Source: Zootoca vivipara (lineage: Eukaryota). Taken from it: a stretch of DNA of 64,000 bases. Positions within the stretch are counted from its first letter, which is position 1, and every line of letters starts with the position of its first letter. Where the stretch lies: contig NC_083288.1 in the NCBI RefSeq assembly GCF_963506605.1, positions 31,248,001 through 31,312,000 of the forward strand, read 5' to 3'. This document shows, in pieces, positions 25,358 through 38,174 of this stretch. Under the pieces are notes generated by a model. That model worked only from the letters and a program-made list of their open reading frames with translations, was not told where the DNA came from and did no database searches. Made by a program: the position numbers and the translations under genes.

Positions 25358-25703
25358 CTGGGACGCGGGTGGTGCTGTGGGTTAAACCACAGAGCCTAGG
25401 GCTTGCTGATCAGAAGGTCAGCGGTTCGAATCCCTGCGACGGGGCGAGCTCCCGTTGTTCAGTCCCCGCTCCTGCCAACCTAGCATTTCGAAAGCACGTC
25501 AAAAGTGCATGTAGATAAATAGGAACCGCTACAGAGTGGAGGTAAACGGTATTTCCGTGTGCTGCTCTGGTTTGCCAGAAGCAGCTTTGTCATGCTGGCA
25601 AAGCTGTACGCCGGCTCCCTTGGCCAATAATGCGAGATGAGCGCCGCAACCCCCAGAGTCGGTCACGACTGGATCTAATGGTCAGGGGTTCCTTTACCTT
25701 TAC
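25358..25703 (+). mobile_element. Sauria SINE, full length, in V2R intron 3
   Basis: Starts GGGACGCGGGTGG; (ACCTTT) tail; TSD CTTAACACATCTA at 25345-25357 and 25704-25716. Confidence 0.9.
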
Positions 25704-25719
25704 CTTAACACATCTATGA

Positions 25720-26260
25720 GTTTGTTTTCCTCTTTTTCCACTATATTTTAGTATTTTTTCTTACAGAAGTTATTCTAAACCAGTCAAAATTTCAATTTAT
25801 CCATGATAATCTTTCAAATATTGTTTGAATATGCCCAGTCAACTTGTCCATCTCCGCATACTCCATTAATTTGATCAACCAATCTTTTTTGTGGGTAAAC
25901 ATTCCCTTTTCCAGTTCTGTGCAATCATAACTCTTGCTGCAGTGGTGGCGTACATAAATACTTTCTTTAAATCTTTTGGAATCTCATTTTCCACAATCCC
26001 CAATAGGAATGCTTCTGGGTTTTTTGAGAATGAGATTTTAAACATCATTTTTATTTCATTATAAATTAGATCCCCAAACTCCCTCATCTTTCTGCATGTC
26101 CACCAAATGTGATATGTTGTACCCACCGCTTCATTGCATTTCCAACATTTATCTGAGGTGTTTTTTTAAAAAAAATACTGTACATTAAGGCAAGTCTGCT
26201 TGGTGTTAGATACCATCTATAGAAAACCTTCATATAGTTTTCCTTAATTGTATAACAAGA
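25720..26260 (-). mobile_element. L1 ORF2 3' fragment
   Basis: CWKC..VGTTYHIWWTC zinc-knuckle region and YATTAARVMIAQNWK. Confidence 0.8.
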
Positions 26261-26433
26261 ACAACAGCAATTTGATCATTAAACTGACATTAGTTAAACA
26301 CATTCATTTGGAAAATGTGTTAGCATGATTTTGGAGGATTTATTTTCTGCAGAGTTTGAGATCAGAGTTCCGTCCTTGCCTAGATAATATTTTGCCCTAC
26401 TTCTTTTTAAAGTACAAATGTGTGTTCAGTTAC

Positions 26434-27282
26434 CTCCCATGACTGTACCTTCTGAAACATCAGCCTATGTCCTTTTTTTAAGCTCCCTTTTTTGGATCTG
26501 GATACATATGTGGCATGCAATGCATGTGCCACAGCATAGACAGAATTGTAGACATTGTAGCTATGGCCAATCATGTTCATTTCAAACAAAACTGCAGGGA
26601 TGCTCTCCAGCTTCTCTTCCTCAGTGCAGGTTTGACTGTACTCATCAGAATGTTCCAATCTACAGCCAAATGCTTGCTCCCAGAAATCCTGGATGAACCC
26701 ATCTTCTTTAGACCAGGAAGGTCTTACCATTTGAAGAAATGTTTGGAATCCTGGTGGCTCAATGGAGTGAACTGTGAAGGATAAAGCACCATGGAAGGGG
26801 GTTGTATCCCAGATCCTTTGAGCGGATAAAGACGCAAATTCCCACTGAGATGTAACAACCCATACTTTACCGAGAGGTGGAAAGTCAGACATTTCTGCTG
26901 TAAACAGCAGCATTCTCAAAACTTGCATAGCTGGAGGTTCCCCATATACAAGACAGACATTGACTTTCCTGTCCGTGAGGACTGGATACTGATCTAGCAG
27001 AGTTACCAGTGCGTCTAACATTTCGTGAATGTAAGTTCGCTTTGGAGTTCTTAATATGAAAGCATAGCAGATGCCATTCTGGGAAAGCATGGGCACCACT
27101 GTCTGCAAAAAGCTCTCTCCATTGTCATCATCCACAGCAATGAGTCCAATCCAGGTCCATGCAAAATGCTCAAGTAAGTGGGCAATCCCTTGGTACTGGT
27201 AGGCTTCATTTGGCACCATCTGGTTCAAGAAAGGGAATAGCGTTTTGTCACCTTGGGCTGGAGAAAATGATCCATAAGTTAG
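26434..27282 (-). CDS. V2R exon 3 (Venus flytrap domain)
   Basis: LTYGSFSP...QMVPNEAYQYQGIAHLLEHFAWTWIG...SYNVYNSVYAVAHALH...QSWE; 849 nt, open; AG/GT bounded. Confidence 0.93.
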
Positions 27283-27959
27283 CTGAAAGAAATAGGTTAG
27301 AATCTTTCAGTTGGGTTACAAGAACATGTTTCCTTATTCATTTTCAACCATCTATGCTCTGCTTTGCTACCTAGAAGATGATAAAAACTGGCCTCTTTTT
27401 TAAATGAAGATTTGTTTATTTAAAGTACTCATATGCTGCCTTTCAGGGAAAAGCTCTCCCAACACAATTGATAAAACATAAAACTGCAAAAATCCAGTTT
27501 GTATCAGGAGCAAACCAGCCGTAAATCACATGAAAGAAGTGGAGTTAACTCTTTATTATGAGAAAAAACAGGATCTGCACAGTACAGCTACTCTTCTTTG
27601 GTAGGTCTTGCCCCTGTGAGACCTTCAGTCATGGAGAATGAAGGTCCCTGCTTTCCCAACACAGCTACCTTCGCTTTTTATGTGTCTTGAAGAATACAAA
27701 ATTCAGCCATTCAGGTCAGAATCTACAACTACAGATGGATAATTTTCTATTCCTTGAAGATCAACCTTGCATTTTTAGGGTTACATTCACTTCAACCACC
27801 AGCTAGGACCTCTGCTTTGGGAAGCCAGTCCAGAGCTTTGATGCCATAAGAGAAAAGGAGCTTTGCCTCAGGTCCATCTGCCTTTCATCCTGCAATGAGG
27901 AGGCCTGAAACAGAGTCTCTAGTGAATTGTTCAAACAAGATCATGGAAGAAGGTGGTCC

Positions 27960-28200
27960 TTAAGGCTTCATGAAAATTTGTAAAATCCCAGGAAACAAAA
28001 CTGATCCTTTTAACACCCATAGATCCATGGCCACAGGGTGGAAGAGCAGTTTCCCAGCACCACCTTCTGTGACTGCTGCATCAGAAAAAACTGAGAGATC
28101 CAGGAGATCAGATAAGGTCTCATCCCCTCTGTCATAATTCTGGTGTAGATCATCTACAAGAGTGATCAGGGTCATTTCAGTCACAATTCCAGGGAAATGG
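27960..28200 (-). mobile_element. Decayed L2-like LINE RT fragment in V2R intron 2
   Basis: TEMTLITLVDDL...DRG...LLDLS resembles the TETAL..LxDD...LLDLS RT motif. Confidence 0.55.
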
Positions 28201-28289
28201 ATAAACATTTTAAGAATTAGTTTTATCATTGGATGACTGGATTATGTGCCACAGATTAGAAATATCCATAGCCTTTGCATATGGCCTAC

Positions 28290-28581
28290 CTGTGGAGTCT
28301 TGTAGGTGGTATAGATGGTAGCCATATTGGCAGTGGTTTCAGAAACAAGCCCTCCAATTGCAGCAATTAAATGGTTCTGAGTATCACACTTGAAGTTGGG
28401 AACAAACCTATGTGGTGTGGAAAGCAGGCTGAGGGTGGCTTTAAAGGTTGTCTTTGCAACGTAGTAGCTGTTGAGGACATGGAAGCCCAAAGTGACATTT
28501 GGTAGGAGGTTGGGATTCTCATTGATCTCTTTTATGGCAAATGCCAAGGCCAGGATGTGCTGGTATTTCTTTGGCACTGAA
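28290..28581 (-). CDS. V2R exon 2
   Basis: SVPKKYQHILALAFAIKEINENPNLLPNVTLGF...PNFKC...YKTPQ; 292 nt; AG/GT bounded. Confidence 0.93.
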
Positions 28582-29573
28582 CTGCAATGAGAATTACTAG
28601 TGGTTTAGCCAAACAATGTTTAAAAATGTATTTGCAGGCTTTTGTAGAACAGTAGAGTTGTGAACCTTTGATGTGCCTGCTTTAACTGTGCTTTTTATAG
28701 CTTTTTGTTCTGCGGCAGCTAGCATCTAATAATGCCGTGGAAATAGCTACTTGTTATTTTCTATCTGTTTGAGGGCACTTAACTTACTACAAGAGCAGGC
28801 TAGACACACAAACACACACACCACCTAATTTCACAACTCCTTTTTTAATGAACTGAACTTAATGAATAAATGGAAGAGATGGAGGAGACAGAGATAGAGG
28901 AAGGAGTTGAGAGAAGTATTGTAGAGGTGTAAAAGACCCTGGAAATAATTTAACTCAGCCTACTGCCCATTGCACATAATATATTTGATTACAGTATCAG
29001 ACAGCCTTTACCGTTAGGAGGTTTCGACTGGTATTTAGCCAAAAGTTTGCTTCTCTACAAATTTGAGCCTGCCTTTGAGCTACAGAGAATAAGGTTGCTT
29101 CATCTCCTGCATAAAAGCTTTTCAGATACTTGAAGTCAGCTGTCATGCTTCTCTATAATCTTCTGGCCAGAGGTGCCAACTTCAATAAAATATGAACGGG
29201 GTGGGGTGTGGGATGGGGAGACAGGTAATTGATCACATGATGCAGTGCACACACCATTTGAATTTTTTCAGTTATTTCCCCCCCCTAGTTATTTTTGGGT
29301 TGGTTCCTATGCTTCAGGCTAAAAATACCCAGCTCTTTCAAGTGTTCCCAGCAAAACAGATGCTGGTTAGGAAAGGTCAGGGAGCCTTGTGTGGCTCAGA
29401 GTGGAGAGGAGGTGAGGCAAGTGAGAGGGGTCCATTGGGGGGCAGTGTTCCAGGGACAGCTGGGGGGGGGAGGAATGTGTAGAGAGGCAGGTCTCTAGTG
29501 TTGGTGCAGTGTTTTGTTTTACTGTTAGGCCTATGCATAAACCTCTCACCGTCCTGTTTGCCCTCCTCTGGAC

Positions 29574-29663
29574 CATAGCTGCCAAGTTATCCCTTTTTTA
29601 CAGGGATTTCCCCTTATGCTGAATAGGCTTCCTCGCGAGAAAAGGGAAAACTTGGCAGCTATG
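29574..29663. mobile_element. 90 bp hAT-type MITE (other copies at ~42055-42144 and ~47482-47572)
   Basis: TIR CATAGCTGCCAAGTT...AACTTGGCAGCTATG; 8 bp TSD CTCTGGAC. Confidence 0.85.
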
Positions 29664-30057
29664 CTCTGGACACACTCCATTTCGTCAATGTTCTTAAAGT
29701 ACAAGAACGGTGCATCAAAGAGTAATTAAAGACAGGCTCTTCTGCATCAGCCCCTTAAAAATGCACAGGGTCTGTAAGAGAAATTCTTCATAAAATGTGC
29801 CAGATGGTAAAGGAAAAAAGCAGGACAAATAAAATAAAATGGCAGAACAAACTAAATGTCCCCTGGAACACTACTTTTTACCCTGAAGACTAGACCAAGT
29901 GTTTCTCAAGTACCATAGTACTTAAATGGTTTTCTGCTCAGTTATTTTATCTTATTTTATATTCAGTGATTTTAAGCTTAAATGATTTTCTGCTCTCAGT
30001 TATCACGAGCGGGACATTTTTGCAGAAGGAAAACGAAGGGAGAAAGTATTTCCTTAC

Positions 30058-30317
30058 ATCGGTTTGTCAATCATAATCTGTCTTGGCTGTTCCTTGAAAG
30101 AGGGAGTCTCATAAAAGAAGAAGATGTGAGCAGCAATGTCACCGATTACAAGGTCTCCTGGGTGATAAAATTCATGAGGAATAGGGATTGGGTCGGTGTA
30201 TATGCTGCAATTAATAGAATGTGCATTGTATATACTATGACACAGTAGAAAAAGCAGCAACACTAATGGCAGCGCCGTCTGGAAGGCAAAACATCCCCTC
30301 CATATGTGAAGCCCCAT
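30058..30317 (-). CDS. V2R exon 1 (signal peptide)
   Basis: M...LPLVLLLFLLC...PIPHEFYHPGDLVIG; GTAAG donor; phase 2 matches exon 2. The exact start ATG is less certain. Confidence 0.85.
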
Positions 30318-30899
30318 GTTTCCATCTATGAAATATTATCTGTCCTGCATCAGTTTTGTCAGGTTATAGAAGGAAACACTGGCCAGTTAAGACTCTCTTC
30401 TGTCTGCCATAGTGCCCTTGTTTCCATTTTGTTACCTCTTGTCAGTCAGTGCCTCAACACAGTGTATTCTCTTCATTTTTTCCACATTTTCCACTCAGGA
30501 TGATTGGGCGTTCAGGCCCAGTGTAGGTTCCTTTTGAAACAATTCTCACTGATAGCTTTGTACCTACAGTTGTAATCAAATTTGCTTAAGTCACAGGTAT
30601 GTATTTCTGTGTTCTAGACCATGGGGGTATCAACTTGAAAAAACAAGCCTAAAATATAAAGGGGAAAGAACCACACAAAATGCTGTCTGCCCCTGGATTT
30701 GGTTCTTAACATCAGGTGTTGCTTTTTTTAAATAGCATCCTTCAGGTGTGGATAATGTTGGCCTTGCGAATAATTTACTGACATCAGGTGGTCGATACGA
30801 GAACAGTAATTTTGACAATGATAGGGTACATAATCAAATCTCCAGAGTTCTGGCCTTTGCTGTAGGATTCCTTCTCCACCTTCTGAAATTTTCTTCATT

Positions 30900-30999
30900 C
30901 AAATAGCATTTGGCTTGTCAGGTACAGGCTGCCTCTGGTCAATTCAAGGGACAATATTGACCAGAGGAAGCTTGTACCTGACAGGCCAAATGCTATTTG
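30900..30999 (+). other. 44 bp-stem inverted repeat (hairpin)
   Basis: Arms 30900-30943 and 30956-30999 are reverse complements except at three positions. Confidence 0.85.
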
Positions 31000-32203
31000 G
31001 GCAGCCCAGGTTGACAGGGACTGATGGGAATTGCAGTCACCTGGAGGGCCGCAGGTAGGGGAAACAACTTGGGCCCCAGGTTATGGGTGGCCAGTGTGTG
31101 TGACATCACATTACGACATGACCTCATGACGTCACCCCTGCCCCCTGGCCTTGGAACCTGACTTTTGGTGCCACCGGAAGTCAGGTTATGAGACCCTGTG
31201 AGTCTTCAGAAGTTGTGGGGGGCCCCTGCAGTGTGGGTGCTGAGCATCCAGAACAAAAAAATTGTGGGTGAAGCCCCTATAGTTGGTGCCCCTGGCCACA
31301 AGATCCCTCACCTCTGCTTTAGAGCAACACTGGGAAATATTATAATGGCAATAGACACAAACAACTTGGTGCTGCTTAGAACATTGCTGCCTGGGCTGAG
31401 GGAAAATGACTAAAACATCCCAAAGCAGTGGCAAGGTAAGGTGCTTGAAGAATGAGTGGGAAAGGTGGAGTCAGTGTCATTCCCCTTCCTTAGGTGCCCC
31501 CCTTGATAGATTTCCTCCAGGCCTGGCTCTAGGTGCACTCCCGATGGTGTGGGGTGCCAGGGGGGGGGGCGCTGCGCGGCGAAGCCTCGCAGAAGCCATG
31601 CTGCGCGCTTTGAGGGCGGGGGCGCCGGAGCCTCAGTGGCAGGGCGCCTGACCTGCTCGAGACAGCCCTGATTTCCTCCATCCCCTGTTATTCTCAAATG
31701 GGCCAGCAATTATTTAATAAACAAGTGCACACAGGCCCAGCCCCCTGGCACTGACACCTGTTCCGGTATCTGAGTTTGCAAGCCACCATTTCAATGTCAC
31801 ACAATGCCCCTGACATAGTGTCACTGCAGGTATACGTGAGCACTTGGCTGGCGGTCCCCTCAAAGCTGGCCTTGTGTGCACATATTGTTTGACCCCCTCC
31901 ATTTTCTCCACACCATTCAGCTCTGCCCTGATTGCTTCTATGGCTGCCGTCAGTTACCAGCTGTGATGCTTGCCAGTGGATGTTATTAAACAAAAGTGTG
32001 TGAGAGGCAGCAGTTGTGCCCAAGGAACCAGAGAGTTGCAGGACTACCACTCTTTTCCTTCCTGAACATGTTGGCTGGGGCTAATGCAAGCCATAGTCCA
32101 GTAACATCTGGTCAGCCACAGTTTAGCTACTTCTGCTGTAAATTTCGGGGGGGGGGGGGAGATGTACAGCTCCACCTTGCCCTCCAATCCCCCCCCCCCC
32201 AAG

Positions 32204-32377
32204 TAGGGTTGCCAGACTCAATATAGGACAGGACTTCTGTGCCTTTAATTGCCCTGCTCTCTTTTGAGTCTAGAAACCTTAAAGAGCTGGTTTCTCTTTA
32301 AGGTTTCCAGACTCAAAAGAGAGCAGGGCAAATTAAAGGCACAGAAGTCCTGTCCTATATTGAGTCTGGCAACCCTA
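32204..32377. mobile_element. Foldback MITE (near-perfect 174 bp palindrome)
   Basis: TAGGGTTGCCAGACTCAATATAGGAC... mirrored; flanks CCCCCAAG / CCCCCAAA resemble an 8 bp TSD. Confidence 0.8.
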
Positions 32378-32445
32378 CCCCCAAAGGATAGAAATCAACA
32401 AAGGAAACAGAAGGAGGAGGAACGGGTAAGCATAATGGCTTAAAT

Positions 32446-32583
32446 CAGGCATCCCCAAACTGCGGCCCTCCAGATGTTTTGGCCTACAACTCCCATGATC
32501 CCTAGCTAACAGGACCAGTGGTCAGGGATGATGGGGATTGTAGTCCAAAACATCTGGAGGGCCAAAGTCTCTAGGGATGCCTG
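32446..32583. mobile_element. hAT-type MITE
   Basis: TIRs CAGGCATCCC / GGGATGCCTG; 8 bp TSD GCTTAAAT. Confidence 0.9.
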
Positions 32584-32700
32584 GCTTAAATGATAGTGGC
32601 AATCTGTCCATCTCAGTGACTGCTTTTAATCACTACCCTCTATGTACCCCATGAGCTGGTGTGCTGATATGTTAAGAGATTCAGAAGTGTTACCAGAGGC

Positions 32701-32764
<64 letters not shown>

Positions 32765-32942
32765 AAACATAGCAATCCTATGTTGTGTTGTGGGATAAGG
32801 TGGAGGGATCTTAAGTCAACAACCCTGGAAAATCAGGGTCAAAATCACCACTCAAGCCAAATAACAAAGTCATGGACCAATAAATGACTAAATGAAAAAA
32901 ATTGTGATAAGGTACATGTAAAATGGAGGACTTAATATAATG

Positions 32943-33220
32943 CAGGGATCCCCAACCTTTGGCCCTCCAGATGTTTTGGACTACAATTCCCATCATCCCT
33001 GACCACTGGTCTCCCATGTAACTGGAGCTCTTCTGCAGTCTTGATTGCATGGAAGCCTGTGGGTAAGCAGCTATTAATATACAGTAGCCATCCCCAAACT
33101 TCGGCCCTCCAGATGTTTTGGACTACAGTTCCCATCATCCCTGACCACTGGTCCTCTTAGCTAGGGATCATGGGAGTTGTAGGCCAAAACATCTGGAGGG
33201 CCGCAGTTTGGGGGTGCCTG
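32943..33220. mobile_element. One partial and one near-full copy of the same hAT-type MITE
   Basis: GGCCCTCCAGATGTTTTGGACTACA core occurs twice. Confidence 0.75.
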
Positions 33221-33549
33221 ATATAATGCAATACAACTATATATGTCAACCAATGCATGATTTGTTTGTTTTTAAAAGTTCACTGACTGAGAAAGAAAAC
33301 ATGCAGGAAATATTCTACATCAAATTTTTAGGTCTTTATGTGTATAGGCACTTATCTAAGATTTTATTCTTTAAGCTGTTGTTGTACACTGTTTTACATG
33401 TATATTTTACTCTTGTGAAAGCTGTCCCAGTTGTGAGCTTTTCGAGCTGGTCTTTGAGCGTAATAAATTATGATGATACATCAAAGTGTGACACAGCCTA
33501 AGGAGTTTAACTTGACCTGGTGGAGATATGATTAAGAATTACAAGCGTC

Positions 33550-34563
33550 CCCTGACCGACCGCTGGGGTCAGTAACACCTGCTGGAGGTGCAAGGAAGAA
33601 GTAGGTACCTTCCTACACATCTGGTGGTGTTGCAAAGAAATTAAGAAGTTCTGGGATGAGATATACCAAGAATTAAAAAAAATAGTGAGATACTCCTTTA
33701 AAAAAGAGCCGGAAATTTTCCTCTTGAGTATGTTGAAGGAAGACATAAAACCAAAAGACAGATGCGTGCTAATGCATGCAACAACAGCGGGTAGACTCCT
33801 AGTCGCCAAAAATTGGAAGAGCAAAAAAATACCAAATAAAGAAGAGTGGTTGACCAAATTAATAAATTATCAAAATTTAGCAATCAAAGTTGGAATATCT
33901 AAAGGTTTAAGCGAAGAAAAAGCAGGAGAAGAGTGGAAACCGCTCAAGATTTATCTACAAAAACAAGTGGAAAAGGCACAACTAATAGCGGACTTATGAG
34001 GGTCACAATATTAAGAAAACAAATTAAATTAGAGAGAGGTATGCGGTCTATTAGTGAAACCTAAATCAGAATATAGGAGTGGTTGGAAGTCACGATATGG
34101 TGGAGGGGGGAGAGGGTGGGGGGATAGTAGATTTTAACAATGCGTAATGCTACAGNNNNNNNNNNNNNNNNNNNNNNNNNNNNNNNNNNNNNNNNNNNNN
34201 NNNNNNNNNNNNNNNNNNNNNNNNNNNNNNNNNNNNNNNNNNNNNNNNNNNNNNNNNNNNNNNNNNNNNNNNNNNNNNNNNNNNNNNNNNNAAATTGCAT
34301 TTGTTATGTTATGTTAAGATATATTAAGTTATGTTATGTTATACTATGTTAAAAAATTGTTATGTTTGTTAGGTTTTCTTAAGTTAGAATTCATTTTCCC
34401 CCCCTTTTTTACTCCTTTTTTTTTCATTTGAAGTAATTTTTGGGTTGACATTATTATTTTTTGTTTTGTGTAGTTATGTTTGTTATATCTGCTATCTATA
34501 CTTTTTTCTTTTTACATGTTGAATTTTAAAGATTTTCAATAAAGATTATTTTAATTAAAAAAA
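33550..34563 (+). mobile_element. L1 LINE 3' end, 5'-truncated (contains gap 34156-34291)
   Basis: CWRCKEEVGTFLHIWWCC zinc knuckle; AATAAA and A tail; 16 bp TSD AAGAATTACAAGCGTC at 33534-33549 and 34564-34579. Confidence 0.9.
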
Positions 34564-35802
34564 AAGAATTACAAGCGTCAGAAATATACCCCATGAGCAT
34601 GCACAGAGTGCACTTGCCTCCCCTATGTTTGTACTTAACAAGGTGATTCCACAACAGTAACTTCTGCCTGCAATGTAAACTTTTTTTTTATCTCCAGTGA
34701 ACCACATGATACATGGAAACACTGTAATTCTTTAACCAAAATGCCAAGGGAGAAAACTTATTAAATACTATTAAGGATACCACATTGCGCTCCCTTCGCT
34801 TCTACAAAAAATGGGGCATTTAGTGCACTTAGATTGTGGAAGTCTTTGCCTATTATGTAATGTTAAGCAGGCAGCATCAGTAATTTGTTCCAAAAGCCTA
34901 TTTAAGACAATTCTGTTTATATAGCTCAACCACCAGTTATTGTGTATCACTGTCAAGACTTTTACTAAGCATTCTGATGCGGCTTTATGGCTGAGATGCC
35001 CACCACCGAGATACTTTGTTTCTTGTGCAGTGTATAAGCCTATACAGTATAAATAAATAAATCAGAAGATTTTTGAATATCCCATTTCTAAATTGATTGT
35101 GCCCCTATAAGGTGGGACCTCTTCTGACTAGTTTGCCAGGGTGTCTGGATGAAAGACTGACTATCAGATAAGGTCCAACAGATCACCAAACAGGTGACTT
35201 CACCTTTCCTAACTGGCATGCCCATATAAGGCTGACTATCTTAGTTAAATTGGAGAAATTGCATATTTTGTGTACTGCTATTTGCTTTATGTATTTTGAC
35301 CTGAATGGGTCTTATGACCATAATAAAGGTATTGATTGATGGACTGGCTAATGGAAAGAAATGATTCACTGCCTCACTACCATTTTGCTTGCATTAACTT
35401 GGAGTAGACCTCAGCCATGATGGTGCAAATGAGCCATTTTAGGGAGCAGCACCAAGTACTTCTGAAAAAATGGACAAGCACGTGGTCAGAGACCACTGAG
35501 ATAATAGACAGTGTCCCCATGTCATGAGGAAGTGGCTTTATCAGCACACATACTCTACCTATCTTGTAATCTTCCTAACGGCTCTAACTTGTGTCATATG
35601 AGCTGTACTGTGGCTTTATAGCACCATGAAGCTACATTTGGAAGGCAAAGAGGGAGGATCCTCATTTGTCACAATACAGTCCCTTCAGTTTGGGTCAGGG
35701 TTTCCAGATAGGGGAAAGCCTCAAAGATATCCAATGCTCCAGTCAACTTGCATTACCTGACACAGTTCTTGTTCAACTGTGGACATACTGTGGGGCGTGA
35801 GG

Positions 35803-35874
35803 ATGGAGAACCCACAGCATGTTACATTTCTGCTAGTTGCTTTCATTGTGTCGTCTGCTCAAGGGACTGCCAAG
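35803..35874 (+). other. Candidate orphan signal-peptide exon
   Basis: AGGATGG start context; MENPQHVTFLLVAFIVSSAQGTAK; consensus donor AAG|GTAAGT. Confidence 0.35.
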
Positions 35875-36568
35875 GTAAGTCCTATGTCCTTCCCCGCTTT
35901 GTGTGGCTTTCAATGAACAAAGAATGATTAATTAGAGGAGGTGCAGGGAACCTTTGCCCCCCCCCCATATGTTGCTGAACTACAACTCCCATCATTCCTG
36001 GCTACAGGCCACATTTGCTTGGGAGTTGTAGTTCAGCAGCATCTGAAGGGCCATAGATTCCCCACTCCTGAATAAGAAAGCTAGGCCAAGGGAACACCCA
36101 AGGGTTGCCCCAAGTTTGGAAGGAATATACTGTGGTCAATCTTGGCAGTGCTAAGGAGATGGCTATGGGCACTTAGGCCTTGTGAGAAAGCCCATGGGTT
36201 CAGCAAAAGTTCCCTATATCTTGCCATTGGATTAATATGTGATCAAATGCTTGCTCTTCCAGATTCTTATTCTGTTTTACTCACAACTGATTCTTAAAGA
36301 CAGTGAAATGGAGAGACAAACAGAATTTAGAAAGAGAATGGAGAATGCAATTGTGAGCTGTCTCGGGTTATATTTCCCACTCCTCTTTTTTGCATTATAT
36401 GACTACTGACCAAACTAAGTGAATAATCTTTTTTTGTTTTTTGAAGCTGTCTGGGTGGTGTGGTTAGGAATGAGCAGGCTGTCTAGCGGGATTTTTTTCA
36501 AGTCAAATATTCACCACCTATATGCTGCTGCCATGCCCCCACTTTTCTCAGAGAAGGGAGATATAGGA

Positions 36569-36704
36569 CAGGCACCCCCAAACTTCGGCCCTCCAGATGT
36601 TTTGGACTACAATTCCCATCATCCCTGACCAATGGTCTTGTTAGCTAGGGATCATGGGAGTTGTAGGCCAAAACATCTGGAGGGCCGCAGTTTGGGGGTG
36701 CCTG
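36569..36704. mobile_element. hAT-type MITE
   Basis: TIRs and 8 bp TSD ATATAGGA. Confidence 0.9.
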
Positions 36705-37369
36705 ATATAGGAGTTGATAGTGGAGGGTAGAAGCCTAGAAGTCTAACCTCAGCTGCACCTGGTGCTTCACACATCATTTCCTAATGGAATACACATCATA
36801 GTGCTGAATTACAAGCCCCTGGTTCTTGGCAGGAAATTGCATGCAGGGCACATAATTTGGAAAAACAGAGCAGCAGCAAGGTACATTGAGTGCACATTAT
36901 TTATTTCTTTAAAACATTTGTATCGCTCCTTTAATCTGAAGATCTCTGGATGAAGTACACAACTTCAGTAAATTAATCAAATCACATCTAGAAAACCCAT
37001 AAAAATATATGGCCACAGGTATATATGGCCACAGGTATATATGGCCATATATCACAGGTGAACGTCAACAGCAATCACAAAAAACCATGCTCCAAGCTGG
37101 TGTTTAACTGAAGACAATGTAGACATCAGCTAGATTTCAAGGGGCAGGGAATTCCACAACACCACAGAGACCTGTCAATGTGTCTCCGAATATAATCTAC
37201 AGTTCCTAAGCATGATATGCATGCAAGACCTCTCCTTGGCTGTGTGTGATTTTTTTTTTAAAGAAATAAACTTTATTTGCTATTAAAAACATCAACAAAT
37301 CATAACAAACAAACAAACACACACCAAAAGCAAATTATAACAAATCATACCAAATCATATCAAATAAAA

Positions 37370-38174
37370 TCACGCTCGCTCGTCCTCTGGCTGCTGTGAG
37401 GGCTGCGTCATACCTCTGAAGATGGCGGGAAGGCGGCCCAGGGAGGGAGGGAGCGGAGCCGTGGGGCCTCGTGCGATCGGGGTGTCGGGGCAGCAAGGGC
37501 CCGATCCTGCAAGGCTGACAGAAGGCCGCCGCCCCCGGCCAGCCCTTGCAAGGCCCCGAGGCTCTGCTCCTTCCCTCCCTGGGCCGCTTTCCCGCCATCT
37601 TCAGAGGTTTGACGCAGGCCTCACAGCAGCCAGAGGAGGAACGAGCGCCGCCGAGCGAGGAAGGGAAGGCAGACAGGCAGGCAGGCGGGCGGGCGGCTGC
37701 CCAGCCGCACTCTCGCGCAGAGCAGGTGAAGGAGAAAGAGAAGCCATTGGCAGGCAGGCAGGCAGGCAAAAGAGCGAGCGCAACAGGTAGGCGCCGGCTG
37801 GGCGGGTGGGCAGCCGGCCGAGGCCTCTGCCTCTCGCTCTGTTCGCTGCAGAAGGCCACCCGCCCAGTGGCGATGGCGATGAGGGTCTGATCCGGTGGTG
37901 GCGAGCGCGGGGCAGCGATGCCGGCGAGGGCCCGATGCAGCGACGAGCGCGGGGCAGTGAGGGCCCGATCCCTTGAGGGCGGCAGAAGGCTGGCCTCGCA
38001 GTGGCAGCAGCGAGCATGGGACAGTGAGGCCGGCAGAAGGTGGTGAGCGCAGGGCAGCGAGGGAGGTCAGTTGCCGTTCGGATGTCGAAAAAATTCGTAA
38101 GCCTGTGGCAACTGTCTCCCTTCGTGAGTCGAAAAATTCGGATGTCGAGTCATTCGTAAGTCGAGGTACCACTG
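37370..38174. mobile_element. GC-rich non-autonomous Tc1/mariner-type element, one TIR retained
   Basis: Ends in AGTCGAGGTACCACTG-TA, like 18508-18755; the interior is GC-rich with internal repeats. Confidence 0.6.
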
